Part shown: positions 28,001 to 39,956 of the stretch, piece by piece
How positions within the stretch are numbered: the stretch's first letter is position 1
Layout: each line of letters starts with the position of its first letter
NCBI GenBank assembly: GCA_028826165.1
Contig: JAPDFW010000060.1
Coordinates: 310,001 to 374,000, forward strand
DNA from: Anaeramoeba ignava BMAN
Taxonomy: Eukaryota > Protista > Anaeramoebae
DNA length: 64,000 nucleotides
Direction: 5' to 3'
Notes under the pieces: generated by a model
Seen by the model: the letters and a program-made list of their open reading frames with translations, nothing else
Databases searched by the model: none
Told to the model about the DNA's origin: nothing
Program-made: the position numbers and the translations under genes

Positions 28001-29660
28001 TTTGTTCATTTGAATCTTGTTCATTTGAATTTTGTTGATTAGAATGGATTTGATCTGTATTGATTGGTTTTGGTTTTGGTTTTGGTCCTGGGTTTGGTTT
28101 TGGTTTTGGTTTTGGTTTTGGTTTTGGTTTTGGCTCTATTGTTGAATCTTGGTCATCAATGTGAAATGAATAACGGTGATTTTTATTGGAATCGTGTGTG
28201 TTTGAATTTTTGAATTGTTGTTTCATTGTTATTTAATTTATCATTTGAAGGTCTTGGTCTTGGTCCTGGTTTTGGTCTTGATCTTGGTCTTGGTCTAATT
28301 GCTGTATTTGTTCTTGATCTTTGCTGATTGGAACTCTGTTCAAATCTCTTTAAAATTGATTGAAAAGAATTTCTTGTTCTTGGTATTCTTGGTTTTTTTC
28401 TACTAAGATCATCTTTATTTTTTGGATTCATTGGATGATTGGGTGATATTATTGGTTTTTTTTCTTCTTCAATTATTAGTTCTACTTCTATTTTTGTTGA
28501 ATTTTATTTTAATTTTTGTTGAATTTTATTTTAATTTTTGTTGAATTTGATTTTAATTTTTGTTGAATTTTATTTTAATTTTTGTTGGATTTTATTTTAA
28601 TTTTTGTTGAATTTGATTTTAATTTTTGTTGAATTTTATTTTAATTTTTGAAATTACCTCCATTTTTCATCATATTCAAACATTTAGTAAATTCATTTAA
28701 TGAACATCTTTCTTCTGGATTTGGACTCCATCCTTTTTTGATTAATTCACTTAATTTTTTTGGGAAATTAATGGGAAATTCAGGTCTTTCTCCTTGCATT
28801 ACTTTTACTGGAATAGCCATCCCATTTTCATTTTCAAAAGGTTGTTTCTTTGAGAAAATTTCATATAAAATCATTGATAAACTGTAAATATCGCAAGATC
28901 TATCATATTTGTTTCCTGATTCAAGCATTTCTGGAGCAGAATAACGGAATGAAACTATAACTGAAGTAACTTGCAAAGTGTGTTCTCTTACTTTTGAAAT
29001 TCCAAAATCAGTAATTTTTGGTTTATTATTTGAAATCAAAATATTTTCAGGTTTTAAATCACGATGAATAATTAAATTTGAATGTAAAACTTCAATTCCT
29101 TTAATAATTTGTAAAGAATATTCAATTTGTTCTTCAAATGTTAAATTTGGAATTTTTTGAGATAAATCTCCTTGTTCTGCATATTCCATTACAATTCCCA
29201 AAACATTATTCATTTTAGTTTTCCCATGGATTTTGATAATATAAGGATTATTTTTTAATTTCATTCCTAATTTAATTTCGTTTTCAAATTGTTGATTTCT
29301 TTTTTCATCATTTAGAAATATTAATCTTTTGATAACAACATCTTTTTCTTTCCATTTTGCTTTGAAAATTTGAGCAGTTCCTCCTTTAGCAAATGGTTCT
29401 AATTCAACTTCCAATTCTGATAAAGGAATAATTGGAATAATTGGCTCATTTGAATTTTTTTGAATTGATTTAATAAATGCTAATAAAGATTCGTTCATAA
29501 TTGGTTTAAAATTTTTGAATGAACTTTTACAAAAAATACAATGATCCGTTTTTGTTACGCAAAAAGAACAAATATTATGTCCTTCTTTGCAAATAACCAT
29601 TGGTTTTCTTTCATTTGAATAATTTTCAAAACAAATTGGACAAATTTCTGGTTCTTCCAT
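22046..29660 (-). CDS. Gene B: RING-HC + TKL-like kinase + Pro/Lys-rich linker + ARM-like repeats + 8 ankyrin repeats with microexon-encoded loops; two apparent +1 frameshifts in the linker exon
   Basis: Exons: 29660-28658, 28487-27737 (frame breaks near 28210 and 27870), 27641-27485, 27399-27271, 27204-27076, 26974-26843, 26700-26671, 26592-26525, 26412-26392. Ankyrin exons: 26282-26184, 25836-25741 (NTPIHYLC), 25432-25337 (LTPLHYLC), 25070-24975 (DTPMHYLF), 24644-24549 (MSPIHYLC), 23906-23811 (HTPLHDLC), 22998-22903 (YSPLHFLS), 22198-22046 (ATVLHYLC...stop). The exon pattern is colinear with gene A. Confidence 0.8.
22259..26081 (-). other. Gene B single-codon microexon arrays, 36 three-nt microexons in 7 arrays (plus a possible 24-nt exon)
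   Basis: Transcript order: K26079 [possible 25976-25999 TIFQKTAA] K25905; E25653 D25582 E25508; K25270 D25204 E25136; T24890 F24814 Q24739; Q24477 Q24403 A24344 N24259 H24171 F24082 D23995; K23739 I23635 K23552 G23478 D23413 A23347 Y23265 F23198 R23122 G23064; I22828 D22730 E22646 Q22571 G22494 Q22395 P22331 G22259. Confidence 0.85.
28490..28655. repeat. 22-bp tandem repeat (AATTTTTGTTGAATTTTATTTT) filling the first intron of gene B
   Basis: About 7 direct copies are visible. Confidence 0.85.
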
Positions 29661-29812
29661 TTTTTAAAAAAATAATAAAATGAATCAAAAAAAAAAATGA
29701 AAAAATTGTTTGTTTTTTTTTATTCTCTTTTTCTTGTTAAATTCCAAAAAAAAAAAATTCTTTTTCGTTTTTCTCCTTTTTTTTTTCTCCTTTTTTTTAA
29801 TTTAATTTAAAA

Positions 29813-32800
29813 TTATTTTTGTTTTGTTTGGATTGTTTCCATAAATTTTTCCAATTTAGTTGTTAATTGTCGAACATTTCTTTCATAAGCCAAAAGTAAA
29901 AACATATTCAATCCAGTTATTAATCCACTTCCAGTCTAAAAAATTTAGATTAAAAAATTTAGATTAAAAAAATTTAGATTAAAAAAATTTAAATTAAAAA
30001 AATTTAGATTAAAAAAATTTAAATTAAAAAATTTCAATTTAAAAATTTAGATCAAAAAAATTTAGATTAAAAAATTTAAATTAAAAAATTTAAATTAAAA
30101 AATTTAGATTAAAAAATTTAGATTAAATAATTTAAATTAAAAAATTTAAATTAAAAAATTTAGATTAAAAAAATTTAAATTAAAAAAATTTAGATTAAAA
30201 AATTTAGATTAAATAATTTAGATTAAAAAATTTAGATTAAAAAAATTTAAATTAAATAATTTAAATTTAAAAAATTTAGATTAAATAATTTAAATTAAAA
30301 AATTTAGATTAAAAAATTTAGATTAAAAAATTTCAAACCTTAATTCCATCTAATCTTTTTAATAAAGCAACAGTTCCTAATCTAACAACTTCAGAAGAAT
30401 GAAATAAATTCACAGCTAATGGATATAAACCACCTTTAGCTTCTGGAAAATAAGAAAGAAACTAAGTAAAATAATAAAATTTTTCAGTTAAAATTTTTCA
30501 ATTAAATCAAAATTTGGGAAAATATTTTTTTTTTTGCTTTTTTTTACTTCCATGCATTCTTCTTCAGTAGTAATGTTTTTAATAAATGATTCATAAATAT
30601 TAAATAATTCATTTCCATCTAAATCTCTTCTAATAATTAATCTTCTTATTAATCTTTGAACATCAATACTTTTTATAATTAATAATTCTTTTCTTATTTC
30701 TTGATCAGATAAATATGTTTTATGCATTTCTGTTTCTCTCCATTGTTGAATTCTTTTGAAATTTGCTTTCATTTCTGATAGTCTTGATGTTGCATCATTA
30801 AATTCTTCTTCTTCAAGTGCCATTTTAACAATATGAGTTGTATATTCTTGGAATGATCCTCGAATATATTGTTCGGATGAATTTTCGAGTGAAGTTAAGC
30901 ACTTTTTTAATTTTAATATAAAAATTATTTTAATTTCAAAATGAATTTTAATTTTAATTTTAATTTTAATTTTAATTTTAATTTTAATTTTAATTTTTTT
31001 AATTTTTAATTTTAATTTTAATTTTAATTTCAAAATGAATTTTAATTTTAATTTTTAATTTTGATTTTAATTTTAAAATGAATTTTAATTTTAATTTTAA
31101 TTTTAATTTTAATTTTAATTTTAATTTTAATTTTAATTTTAATTTTAATTTTAATTTTAATTTTGATTTTAATTTTAATTTTAATTTTAATTTTAATTTT
31201 AATTTTAATTTTAATTTTAATTTTAATTTTAATTTTAATTTTAATTTTAATTTTAATTTTAATTTTAATTTTAATTTTAATTTTGATTTTAATTTTAATT
31301 TTAATTTTGATTTTAATTTTAATTTTAATTTTAATTTTGATTTTAATTTTAATTTTGATTTTTAATTTTGATTTTAATTTCAAAATGAATTTTAATTTTA
31401 ATTTTAAAATGAATTTTAATTTTAATTTTAAAATGAATTTTAATTTTAAAATGAATTTTAATTTCTACTTTTTCAATAAATTGTTTGTCATAAGCTTGAT
31501 GCTCTGAATTTTCAAACTCTTCAACTAAATTAGGATTAATCGTAATTGTTCCTGTATTAATATCACACAAAATATCCCACCACGCTTGTTTTGAGGCAAA
31601 TAACTGATTAGTAACACCAATAACATATCCAGGACTAAATTTTATGTGATAATTTTTTAAAAAGATAAATATATAAATATATAAAAATTCAAGTTCCATT
31701 TTTTCAATTCGAATATAAATACATATCGATAAATTCATCAATAGTTTTCAAATCAGCATATGGATAAATCCTTCTTATCAATCCTCTCAAGGGAGGACAA
31801 ACCATTAAAATTGAAGCCAATACATAGCCGCAAACATCTCCAGCTTTCATTTTATGACCAATAAAAATAATCTTCTTGTTAGTTAATAATCCATTCAAAA
31901 TATGCATTGAATTATGTTGAAATTTTTTCAAAACATTAATCAATGAAACTTCTCCCACTTCATCTTCCAAAAGCGTTAATGGAATGTGAATCGGGATTTT
32001 TTCTGATTGAAACTCAAGATTCGTGACAAATTCATTGTGTGAAACATTCAAAATCCTTTTCAAAAGTTTTTGTTGCTCTGTCCATAATGGACATTCAGTT
32101 AAATCAACAGCATTAACTGCATTAAATAATTCAATCGCAATTTTTCTTGCATCATCTGGAAAATCCAGCGTTTTTTCAACAGCCAAAACCAAAGCAGACT
32201 GCGGTTTCATCCAAAACAAAGAATATATATTTTTTTGTGAAAAAAAATTTCGGAAATATTTTCTTTTTAGTTAAATATAAAGTTTGGAAAGTGAAATAAT
32301 AAAGTTGATCTGTAAACCTTAAACACAGGAGAGAATTGGAGTCGTGAGCATATCGCCATCGAGTTGATTCTTGTTCCTCTTCTTGCTGTGGGATCCTTTT
32401 TCGATTTGCATACGTTTGTGCAATATAAAAATGGTTTCCTTTTTTTTTCGTGTTCTTGCTTTAATTTTTTTTCTTCTTCCAGTTTTTTTTCTTGTTTTAA
32501 TTGTTCCAATCTTTCGTTTTCAATTTCCTGTTGGGTTTTCATTATTCCTTGTGTTTCAATAAATTTGGTTAGCAATTCTTTGAAAAGTTTTTCGTCATCT
32601 TCTTTTCCATCAAAAAATTTAAATCCAATGGTATTTAGATTTTTATCATAAATACAAGAAAATAATTCTCCTAAAGGTGTTGGATTTAATTCTTCATGAA
32701 AAGATCTTTTTTAAATTTAATTTTTTAATTTTTTAATTTTAATTTTAAATTTCAAAATGAATTTTAATTTTAATTTTAATTTTAAATTTCAATTTTAATT

Positions 32801-34577
32801 TTAATTTTAATTTTAAATTTCAAAATGAATTTTAATTTTAATTTTAATTTCAATTTTAATTTTAATTTTGATTTTGAAATGAATTTTAATTTTAATTTTA
32901 ATTTTAATTTTAATTTTAATTTTAATTTTAATTTTAATTTTAATTTTAATTTTAATTTTAATTTTAATTTTAATTTTAATTTTAATTTTAATTTTAATTT
33001 TGATTTTAATTTTAAATTTTAATTTTATTTTAAATTTTAATTTTAAATTTTAATTTTAATTTTAATTTTAATTTTAATTTTAATTTTAATTTTAATTTTA
33101 ATTTTGAATTTTAATTTTAATTTTAATTTTGAATTTTAATTTTAATTTTAATTTTAATTTTAATTTTAATAAATACATATCATAAACAAAAGAATCTTGA
33201 GCTGGATTGGAAAAATCACCACATTTTTCTGCAGAATAAATTTTAATTTTTTCATCTTGAAAAATAATACAATTTGCAGAATCTCCAAGAATTTTCCATC
33301 CTTCGTCACTTTCTACTTCTGAAATACTAATGGTGGTCTTATTTGTTGCAAAAAATGTATAAATTTTAATTTTAATTTTAATTTTAATTTTAATTTTAAT
33401 TTTAATTTTAAATTTTATTTTTAATTTTTTTCCATAATTTTCATTTTGATTTTTAATTTTGAAATTTTAATTTTAAAATTTTAATTAATTTTAATTTTTA
33501 ATTTTAATTTTAATTTTAATTTTAATTTTAATTTTAATTTTAATTTTAATTTTAATTTTAATTTTAATTTTAATTTTAATTATAATATTAATTTTATTTT
33601 TAATTTTAATTTTAATTTTTATTTTAATTTTAATTTTAAATTTTAATTTTAAAATGAATTTTAATTTTTTAATTTTAATTTTAATTTTAATTTTAATTTT
33701 TAATTTTAATTTTAATTTTAAATTTTAATTTTAATTTTAATTTTAATTTTAATTTTAATTTTAATTTTTAATTTTAATTTTAATTTTAATTTTAAATTTT
33801 AATTTTAATTTTTAATTTTAATTTTAATTTTAATTTTAATTTTAATTTTAATTTTTAATTTTAATTTTAATTTTAATTTTAATTTTAATTTTTAATTTTA
33901 ATTTTAATTTTAATTTTAATTTTAATTTTAATTTTAATTTTAATTTTGATTTTAATTTTAATTTTAATTTTAATTTTAATTTTAATTTTAATTTTAATTT
34001 TAATTTTAATTTTAATTTTAATTTTAATTTTTAATTTTAAAATTGATTTTAATTTTAAATTTTAATTTTAATTTTAAATTTTAAATTTTAAATTTAATTT
34101 TAATTTTAATTTTATATAAATAAATAAATTAGAAATCAATATTTACTGATCATTTTTATTTTGATTATTATTTTCGTTGTTTTTATCTTTATTAAATTGA
34201 TCTGAATTTTCATCATCATCAATATTTTCAAATATTGTAACTTCACCCTCTCTATTAAGAAAGAAAGTAGTTGAATCATCATTTCTATCATGCATTCCAT
34301 CAGGAATCATCCATTCTTCAAGATTACTGATATTGTTTTAAATCAATTCATTTTTTATTTTTCATTTTCATTTTCATTTTCATTTTCATTTTTCATTTTT
34401 ATTTTTGCTTTTTTTAATTTTTATATTTTTTATTTAATTTGTTTTTTTTTACCTTTCGTTTGTGCCACATTCTTTTGGATATTGAAATCTTATTGTTGGT
34501 CCTGTTAATGCATCAAATTCTGCATAAAGGACATATTCAATATTTTTTGGTTTTTTTGTTTTGTTTTCTTTATTCAT
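29813..34577 (-). CDS. AFI1: Afi1/MesA-like DENN-family protein (Afi1 N-terminal domain + SPA domain), multi-exon
   Basis: The first exons give IEYVLYAEFDALTGPTIRFQYP and GMIPDGMHDRNDDSTTFFL (Afi1 N-terminal pattern). Later exons give ILNGLLTNKKIIFIGH..AGDVCGYVLAS...LRGLIRRIYPYADLKTIDEF and PGYVIGVTNQLFASKQAWWDILCDINTG (SPA domain pattern). The last exon 29935-29813 ends in TAA. Internal exon boundaries were only partly resolved. Confidence 0.75.
29936..34110. repeat. Microsatellite-filled introns of the Afi1-like gene: (AAAATTTAGATTA)n at 29936-30336 and (TTTTAA)n at ~30930-31460, ~32720-33170, ~33360-34110
   Basis: Directly visible. These produce the spurious IKIK/NFNF/ILIL ORFs. Confidence 0.9.
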
Positions 34578-34609
34578 TAAAAAAAAAATGAAAAAAATGA
34601 AAAAAATGA

Positions 34610-35755
34610 AAAAGTTTTTAAAATTATTTCTTAATTAATTTTATTGTAAAATAATAAATAAATTATTATCAAAAATTAAATAAAATTTTTATCCAATTTT
34701 TGTTTCAAATTTATTTCTTTATTTTTAATAATTATAATTTAATATTAATAATAAATTCTTTTTAAAATTATTTTTAATTAATTTTATTACAAAATGATAA
34801 ATAAATTATTATTAAAAATTAAGTAAAATAATAAATAAAATATTTTAATTAATTTATTTCTTTTTAATAATTATAATTTAATATTAATAATAAATTCTTT
34901 TTAAATCATTTCTTATTTAAATTTATTGTAAAATAATAAATTAATTATTATTAAAATTAAGTAAAATAATAAATAAATTATTTTAATTAATTTATTTCTT
35001 TTTAATAATAATAATTTAATATTAATAATAAATTCTTTTTAAATCATTTCTTATTTAAATTTATTGTAAAATGATAAATTAATTATAATTAAAAATTAAA
35101 TAAAATAATAAATAAAATATTTTAATTAATTTATTTCTTTATTTTTAATAATAATTTAATATTAATAATAAATTCTTTTTAAATCATTTATTATTTAAAT
35201 TTATTGTAAAAATAATAAATTAATTATAATTAAAAATTAAGTAAAAATATTTATCTAATTTTTGTTTCAAATTTATTTCATTATTTTTAATAATAATAAT
35301 TTAATATTAATAATAAATTCTTTTTAAATCATTTCTTATTTAAATTTATTGTAAAATAATAAATTAATTATAATTAAAAATTAAATAAAATAATAAATAA
35401 AATATTTTAATTAATTTTATTTTCTTTATTTTTAATAATTTTAATTTAATATTAATAATAAATTCTTTTTAAATCATTTCTTATTTAATTTTATTGCAAA
35501 ATAATTAATTAATTATAATTAAAAATTAAATAAAATAATAAATAAAATATTTTAATTAATTTTATTTCTTTATTTTTAATAATTTTAATTTAATATTAAT
35601 AATAAATTCTTTTTAAATTATTTTTAAAAATTATAAAATTTTATTATTAAAAATTAAATAAAATATTTATCTAATTTTTGTTTCAAATTTATTTCATTAT
35701 TTTAAATAATAATAATTTAATATTAATAATAAATTCTTTTTTAAAATTATTTTTT
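34610..35755. repeat. AT-rich ~120 bp satellite array
   Basis: Same unit as 20120-21640. Confidence 0.9.
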
Positions 35756-35867
35756 TGAGTGAAGTATTTATTGAGAAAAGAAGAATTAAAAAGAAGAAAA
35801 AGTAAGAATGAGAATGAAAATGAAATTTTGAAAAAAAAAAGAGCTAAATTTTAATTTCCTAAATACT

Positions 35868-38687
35868 TCACTGATCATCTTTCAAAACTGAATAATCCAT
35901 TGAAATTTCTCCTTCTTTATTCTTTTTTTTCTTTTTTTTCCTTATCAAAACAATCATCAAAATAATTCCAACAATAACAACAACTGGAATAACTGTTGAA
36001 CAAACAATTATAACTGTTTTTGAATTTGAAGATTGTGAAGAAGTTAGTTGATTTCCAATTTGAATTGAAGAAATATCACCACATATTTGATTTGAATCAC
36101 AAGCTGAAACATTAATTTGATAAATTTGATTTGAATATTGTGCTGTAAAATTTTGAGAAGTTAAATTTGTATCAAAACTTCCATTATCATTTTCTGAAAT
36201 TGCTTGATAAGTAAAATTATAATAAGAAGGATTAATTGGATTATTTGGTTTATCCCAATAACATGAAATAGAATAAATGTTGGAAATTGAACATTGAAGA
36301 TTTAAAACAGGTCCAAATTTTCCTGATGTAATTTGAATTGAAGAAATATTACCACACATTTCATTTGAATCACAAGCTGAAACATTAATTTGATAAATTT
36401 GATTTGAATATTGTGCTGTAAAATTTTGAGAAGTTGAATTTGTATCAAAATTTCCATTATCATTTTTTGAAATTGCTTGATAAGTAAAATTATAATAAGA
36501 AGGATTAATTGGATCATTTGGTTTATCCCAATAACATGAAATAGAATAAATGCTGGAAATTGAACATTGAAGATTTAAAACAGGTCCAAATTTTCCTGAT
36601 GTGATTTGAATTGAAGAAATATCACCACATATTTCATTTGAATCACAAGCTGAAACATTAATTTGATAAATTTGATTTGAATATTGTGCTGTAAAATTTT
36701 GAGAAGTTGAATTTGTATCAAAATTTCCATTATCATTTTCTGAAATTGCTTGATAAGTAAAATTATAATAAGAAGGATTAATTGGATCATTTGGTTTATC
36801 CCAATAACATGAAATATCAAATGAATTGGAAATTAAACATTGAAGATTTAAAACAGGTCCAAATTTTGTGAAAATTGTTGTTGAAACAATTTCTCCTTGA
36901 TAGATTCCTAAACATTCATCTGTTTCACATCCACATATTGAAATTGAATAATTTGATAATGAATCTAATTCAGTTAATTCATATGAAGTTGATGAATTAG
37001 AAATTGAAGCATTCTTAGTTTCATTTGAATCTTGTTTTTGATAAAAAAGAAGATAATGATCTAATTTTGGAATAAAATTGATTACAGGAACATTAGGTGG
37101 ATTCCATAAAACCATCACTGATGTTGTTGTTATTGATTCAACTGTAAAATTCTTAACTGAATCAATTCTTGTTGTTAAAGAACATGAACCTGAACCTTCT
37201 CCACAAATTTGAGATGATGAATTACAAATTCTTATTTGAATATTATAATAGACATTTCCTGTAATATTAGGATAAATTGATGAATTGAAAATTTGAAAGA
37301 AAATATTATCAATAAGAATTGGAGATTGAATTGTTTCCCATTGTTCATTATTGATATAATTATAATTGATTTGATATTCAATATCAGAAGTTATTGGAAG
37401 AATTTCATTCCAATAACAATCAAATGAAGAAAATAAAGAACTACAATTCAAAATATTAACTTGATCATAAACAAATTCATAAATATAAACACCTCCCACA
37501 CTATCAAATCCATCATAAGTTAAAAGAGGAGAACCAACTGCAGAAATATCTCCTGAAATTGATACTGCTTTACCAAACTCTCCTTTGTCAGCCGGATTTT
37601 GTGGAAACCATTGTCTTTCTTGATTCCATCCACTTCCATTATTTTGAAACAAATATGCAGTTCCATCAGAATCTCCAACAATTAGATTATTTTGAGAAAT
37701 TGAAACACTGAATCCAAAACAACATTTACCTGATGCATTATTTGGAATAATAGTTTGATTATTCCAAATAGAACCATTGTAATGAAAAACATATGCTTTC
37801 CCTTGATTATAACCATCTCCAGAAACACCCATAACAAAAGTTGTTGCATCTTCAGAAATTGATACAGTACCTCCCCAATCACCATACTCTTGCAATCCAT
37901 TTACAGTAAAACTCTCTTCTTCATTCCAATATGTTCCATTTGATTGAAAAATATGAGCTGTTACTTGTTGAGAATTAGATTGTTCAGATTTAATTACAAT
38001 AAGAGAAGAATCTTTTGAAATTGATAAACTTTTTCCAAAATGATCATTTGCTTGTCCATTTGTTGCTGTTAAAGTAGGTTTTTCTTGCCAAATTGTTCCA
38101 TCATCATTCCCTTCCCAAACATATACTTTTCCTTGTTTTAAATTTCCATTCACTGATGCATAAGGAGAACCAATCAGAATAACTCTTTCTGAAATAGAAA
38201 CACTATATCCAAAATTATCTTCAGCTTTTCCATCACTTGCAGTTAATTCTTTTGTTTGAATCCATTCATTTCCACTTTTTGTAAATACATAAGCTTTGCC
38301 TTGACCAACATTTACAGAAACAGTTGCTTCAGGAACACCAACAACAATAACAGAAGAATCTTGAGAAATTGAAATACTCCATCCAAATTCATCACTGTTT
38401 TCATTGTTATTATTAGGAAGTTGAGCTGTTTGAATCCAATTATAATTTTGTTTCTCAAATACATAAGCTCTTCCAGGAATATTTATATCATTAACTCGAG
38501 CTCCTATTGCCATAACATTATTGGAAATTGAAATACTGCTTCCAAATGCAATTTCAGTGGCAAGAGGATTTGGATAAATAATTTGTTTTTGATTCCATTG
38601 ATTTCCAACTTTTTTTAACTCATAATTATTGGAAATTTGTTTTGTTAAAAGAAAAATAATCAAAATAATTGTAAATAATTTGATCAT
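35868..38687 (-). CDS. Type I membrane protein: signal peptide, FG-GAP (integrin-alpha-like beta-propeller) repeats, FN3 domains, TM helix, short tail ending in YSVL (paralog 1)
   Basis: Intronless 939-aa ORF. Repeated FGxSVSIS..xxVGxP...GKAYVF motifs, three near-identical ~87-aa FN3-like units (KFGPVLNLQC...SCYWDKP...YQINVSACD), hydrophobic VIIVCSTVIPVVVIVGIILMIVLI followed by a poly-Lys stop-transfer. Confidence 0.9.
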   Translation of the reverse strand: MIKLFTIILIIFLLTKQISNNYELKKVGNQWNQKQIIYPNPLATEIAFGSSISISNNVMAIGARVNDINIPGRAYVFEKQNYNWIQTAQLPNNNNENSDEFGWSISISQDSSVIVVGVPEATVSVNVGQGKAYVFTKSGNEWIQTKELTASDGKAEDNFGYSVSISERVILIGSPYASVNGNLKQGKVYVWEGNDDGTIWQEKPTLTATNGQANDHFGKSLSISKDSSLIVIKSEQSNSQQVTAHIFQSNGTYWNEEESFTVNGLQEYGDWGGTVSISEDATTFVMGVSGDGYNQGKAYVFHYNGSIWNNQTIIPNNASGKCCFGFSVSISQNNLIVGDSDGTAYLFQNNGSGWNQERQWFPQNPADKGEFGKAVSISGDISAVGSPLLTYDGFDSVGGVYIYEFVYDQVNILNCSSLFSSFDCYWNEILPITSDIEYQINYNYINNEQWETIQSPILIDNIFFQIFNSSIYPNITGNVYYNIQIRICNSSSQICGEGSGSCSLTTRIDSVKNFTVESITTTSVMVLWNPPNVPVINFIPKLDHYLLFYQKQDSNETKNASISNSSTSYELTELDSLSNYSISICGCETDECLGIYQGEIVSTTIFTKFGPVLNLQCLISNSFDISCYWDKPNDPINPSYYNFTYQAISENDNGNFDTNSTSQNFTAQYSNQIYQINVSACDSNEICGDISSIQITSGKFGPVLNLQCSISSIYSISCYWDKPNDPINPSYYNFTYQAISKNDNGNFDTNSTSQNFTAQYSNQIYQINVSACDSNEMCGNISSIQITSGKFGPVLNLQCSISNIYSISCYWDKPNNPINPSYYNFTYQAISENDNGSFDTNLTSQNFTAQYSNQIYQINVSACDSNQICGDISSIQIGNQLTSSQSSNSKTVIIVCSTVIPVVVIVGIILMIVLIRKKKKKKNKEGEISMDYSVLKDDQ

Positions 38688-38765
38688 CTTTTTTAAAAAA
38701 AGAAAAAAAAATGAAAAAAAACAATAAAATTTTGTTTTTTGTTTTTTTTAATTAAATTTTCTTTC

Positions 38766-38771
38766 CACGTG
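38766..38771. promoter_or_regulatory. Conserved CACGTG (E-box-like) palindrome about 80 bp upstream of the FG-GAP paralog 1 start; also at 42868-42873 and 55733-55738
   Basis: The GC-rich island TTCCACGTGTGTCC sits in otherwise almost pure A/T sequence at the same position in all three paralogs. Function is inferred. Confidence 0.45.
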
Positions 38772-38829
38772 TGTCCAATTTTATTTTTCCTCTTTTTTTT
38801 TATTCAAATAAAAATTAATAAAAATTAAA

Positions 38830-39845
38830 TTCAATAACTAGATCTTTTTTAAAATTATTTTTTAATTAATTTTATTACAAAATAATAAATAAAATAATAA
38901 ATAAAATATTTTAATTAATTTATTTCATTATTTTTAATAATATTAATTTAATATTAATAATAAATCCTTTTTTGAAATCATTTCTTAATTAAATTTATTG
39001 TAAAATAATAAATTAATTATAATTAAAAATTAAGTAAAATAATAAATAAAATATTTTAATTAATTTATTTCATTATTTTTAATCATAATTAATTTAATAT
39101 TAATAATAAATTCTTTTTAAAATTATTTTTAATTAATTTTATTACAAAATAATAAATAAATTATTATTAAAAATTAAATAAAAATATTTATCTAATTTTT
39201 GTTTCAAATTTATTTCATTATTTTTAATAATAATAATTTAATATTAATAATAAATTCTTTTTAAATCATTTCTTATTTAGATTTATTGTAAAATAATAAA
39301 TTAATTATAATTAAAAATTAAATAAAATATTTATCTAATTTTTGTTTCAAATTTATTTCATTATTTTTAATAATAATAATTTAATATTAATAATAAATTT
39401 CTTTTTAAATCATTTCTTATTTAAATTTATTGTAAAATAATAAATTAATTATAATTAAAAATTAAATAAAATAATAAATAAAATATTTTAATTAATTTTA
39501 TTTCTTTATTTTTAATAATTTTAATTTAATATTAATAATAAATTCTTTTTTAAAATTATTTCTTAATTAATTTTATTGCAAAATAATTAATTAATTATAA
39601 TTAAAAATTAAATAAAATAATAAATAAAATATTTTAATTAATTTTATTTCATTATTTTTAATAATAATTAATTTAATATTAATAATAAATCCTTTTTTGA
39701 AATCATTTCTTAATTAAATTTATTGTAAAATAATAAATAAATTATTATTAAAAATTAAATAAAATATTTTAATTAATTTATTTCATTATTTTTAATAATA
39801 ATAATTTAATATTAATAATAAATTCTTTTTTAAAATTATTTTTTT
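38830..39845. repeat. AT-rich ~120 bp satellite array
   Basis: Same unit as above; separates the tandem FG-GAP paralogs. Confidence 0.9.
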
Positions 39846-39956
39846 GAGTGAAGTATTTATTGAGAAAAGAAGAATTAAAAAGAAGAAAAAGTAAGAATGA
39901 GAATGAAAATGAAATTTTGAAAAAAAAAAGAGCTAAATTTTAATTTCCTAAATACT

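Noticed and set aside
31048-33022. ORFs of poly-IK, NF or IL (31048-31383, 31078-31365, 31163-31507, 32825-33022)
   Set aside because: Translations of intronic (TTTTAA)n microsatellite.
36302-37900. Short ORFs overlapping the FG-GAP genes (and equivalents in paralogs 2 and 3)
   Set aside because: Alternative-frame shadows, repeated only because the host gene is repeated.
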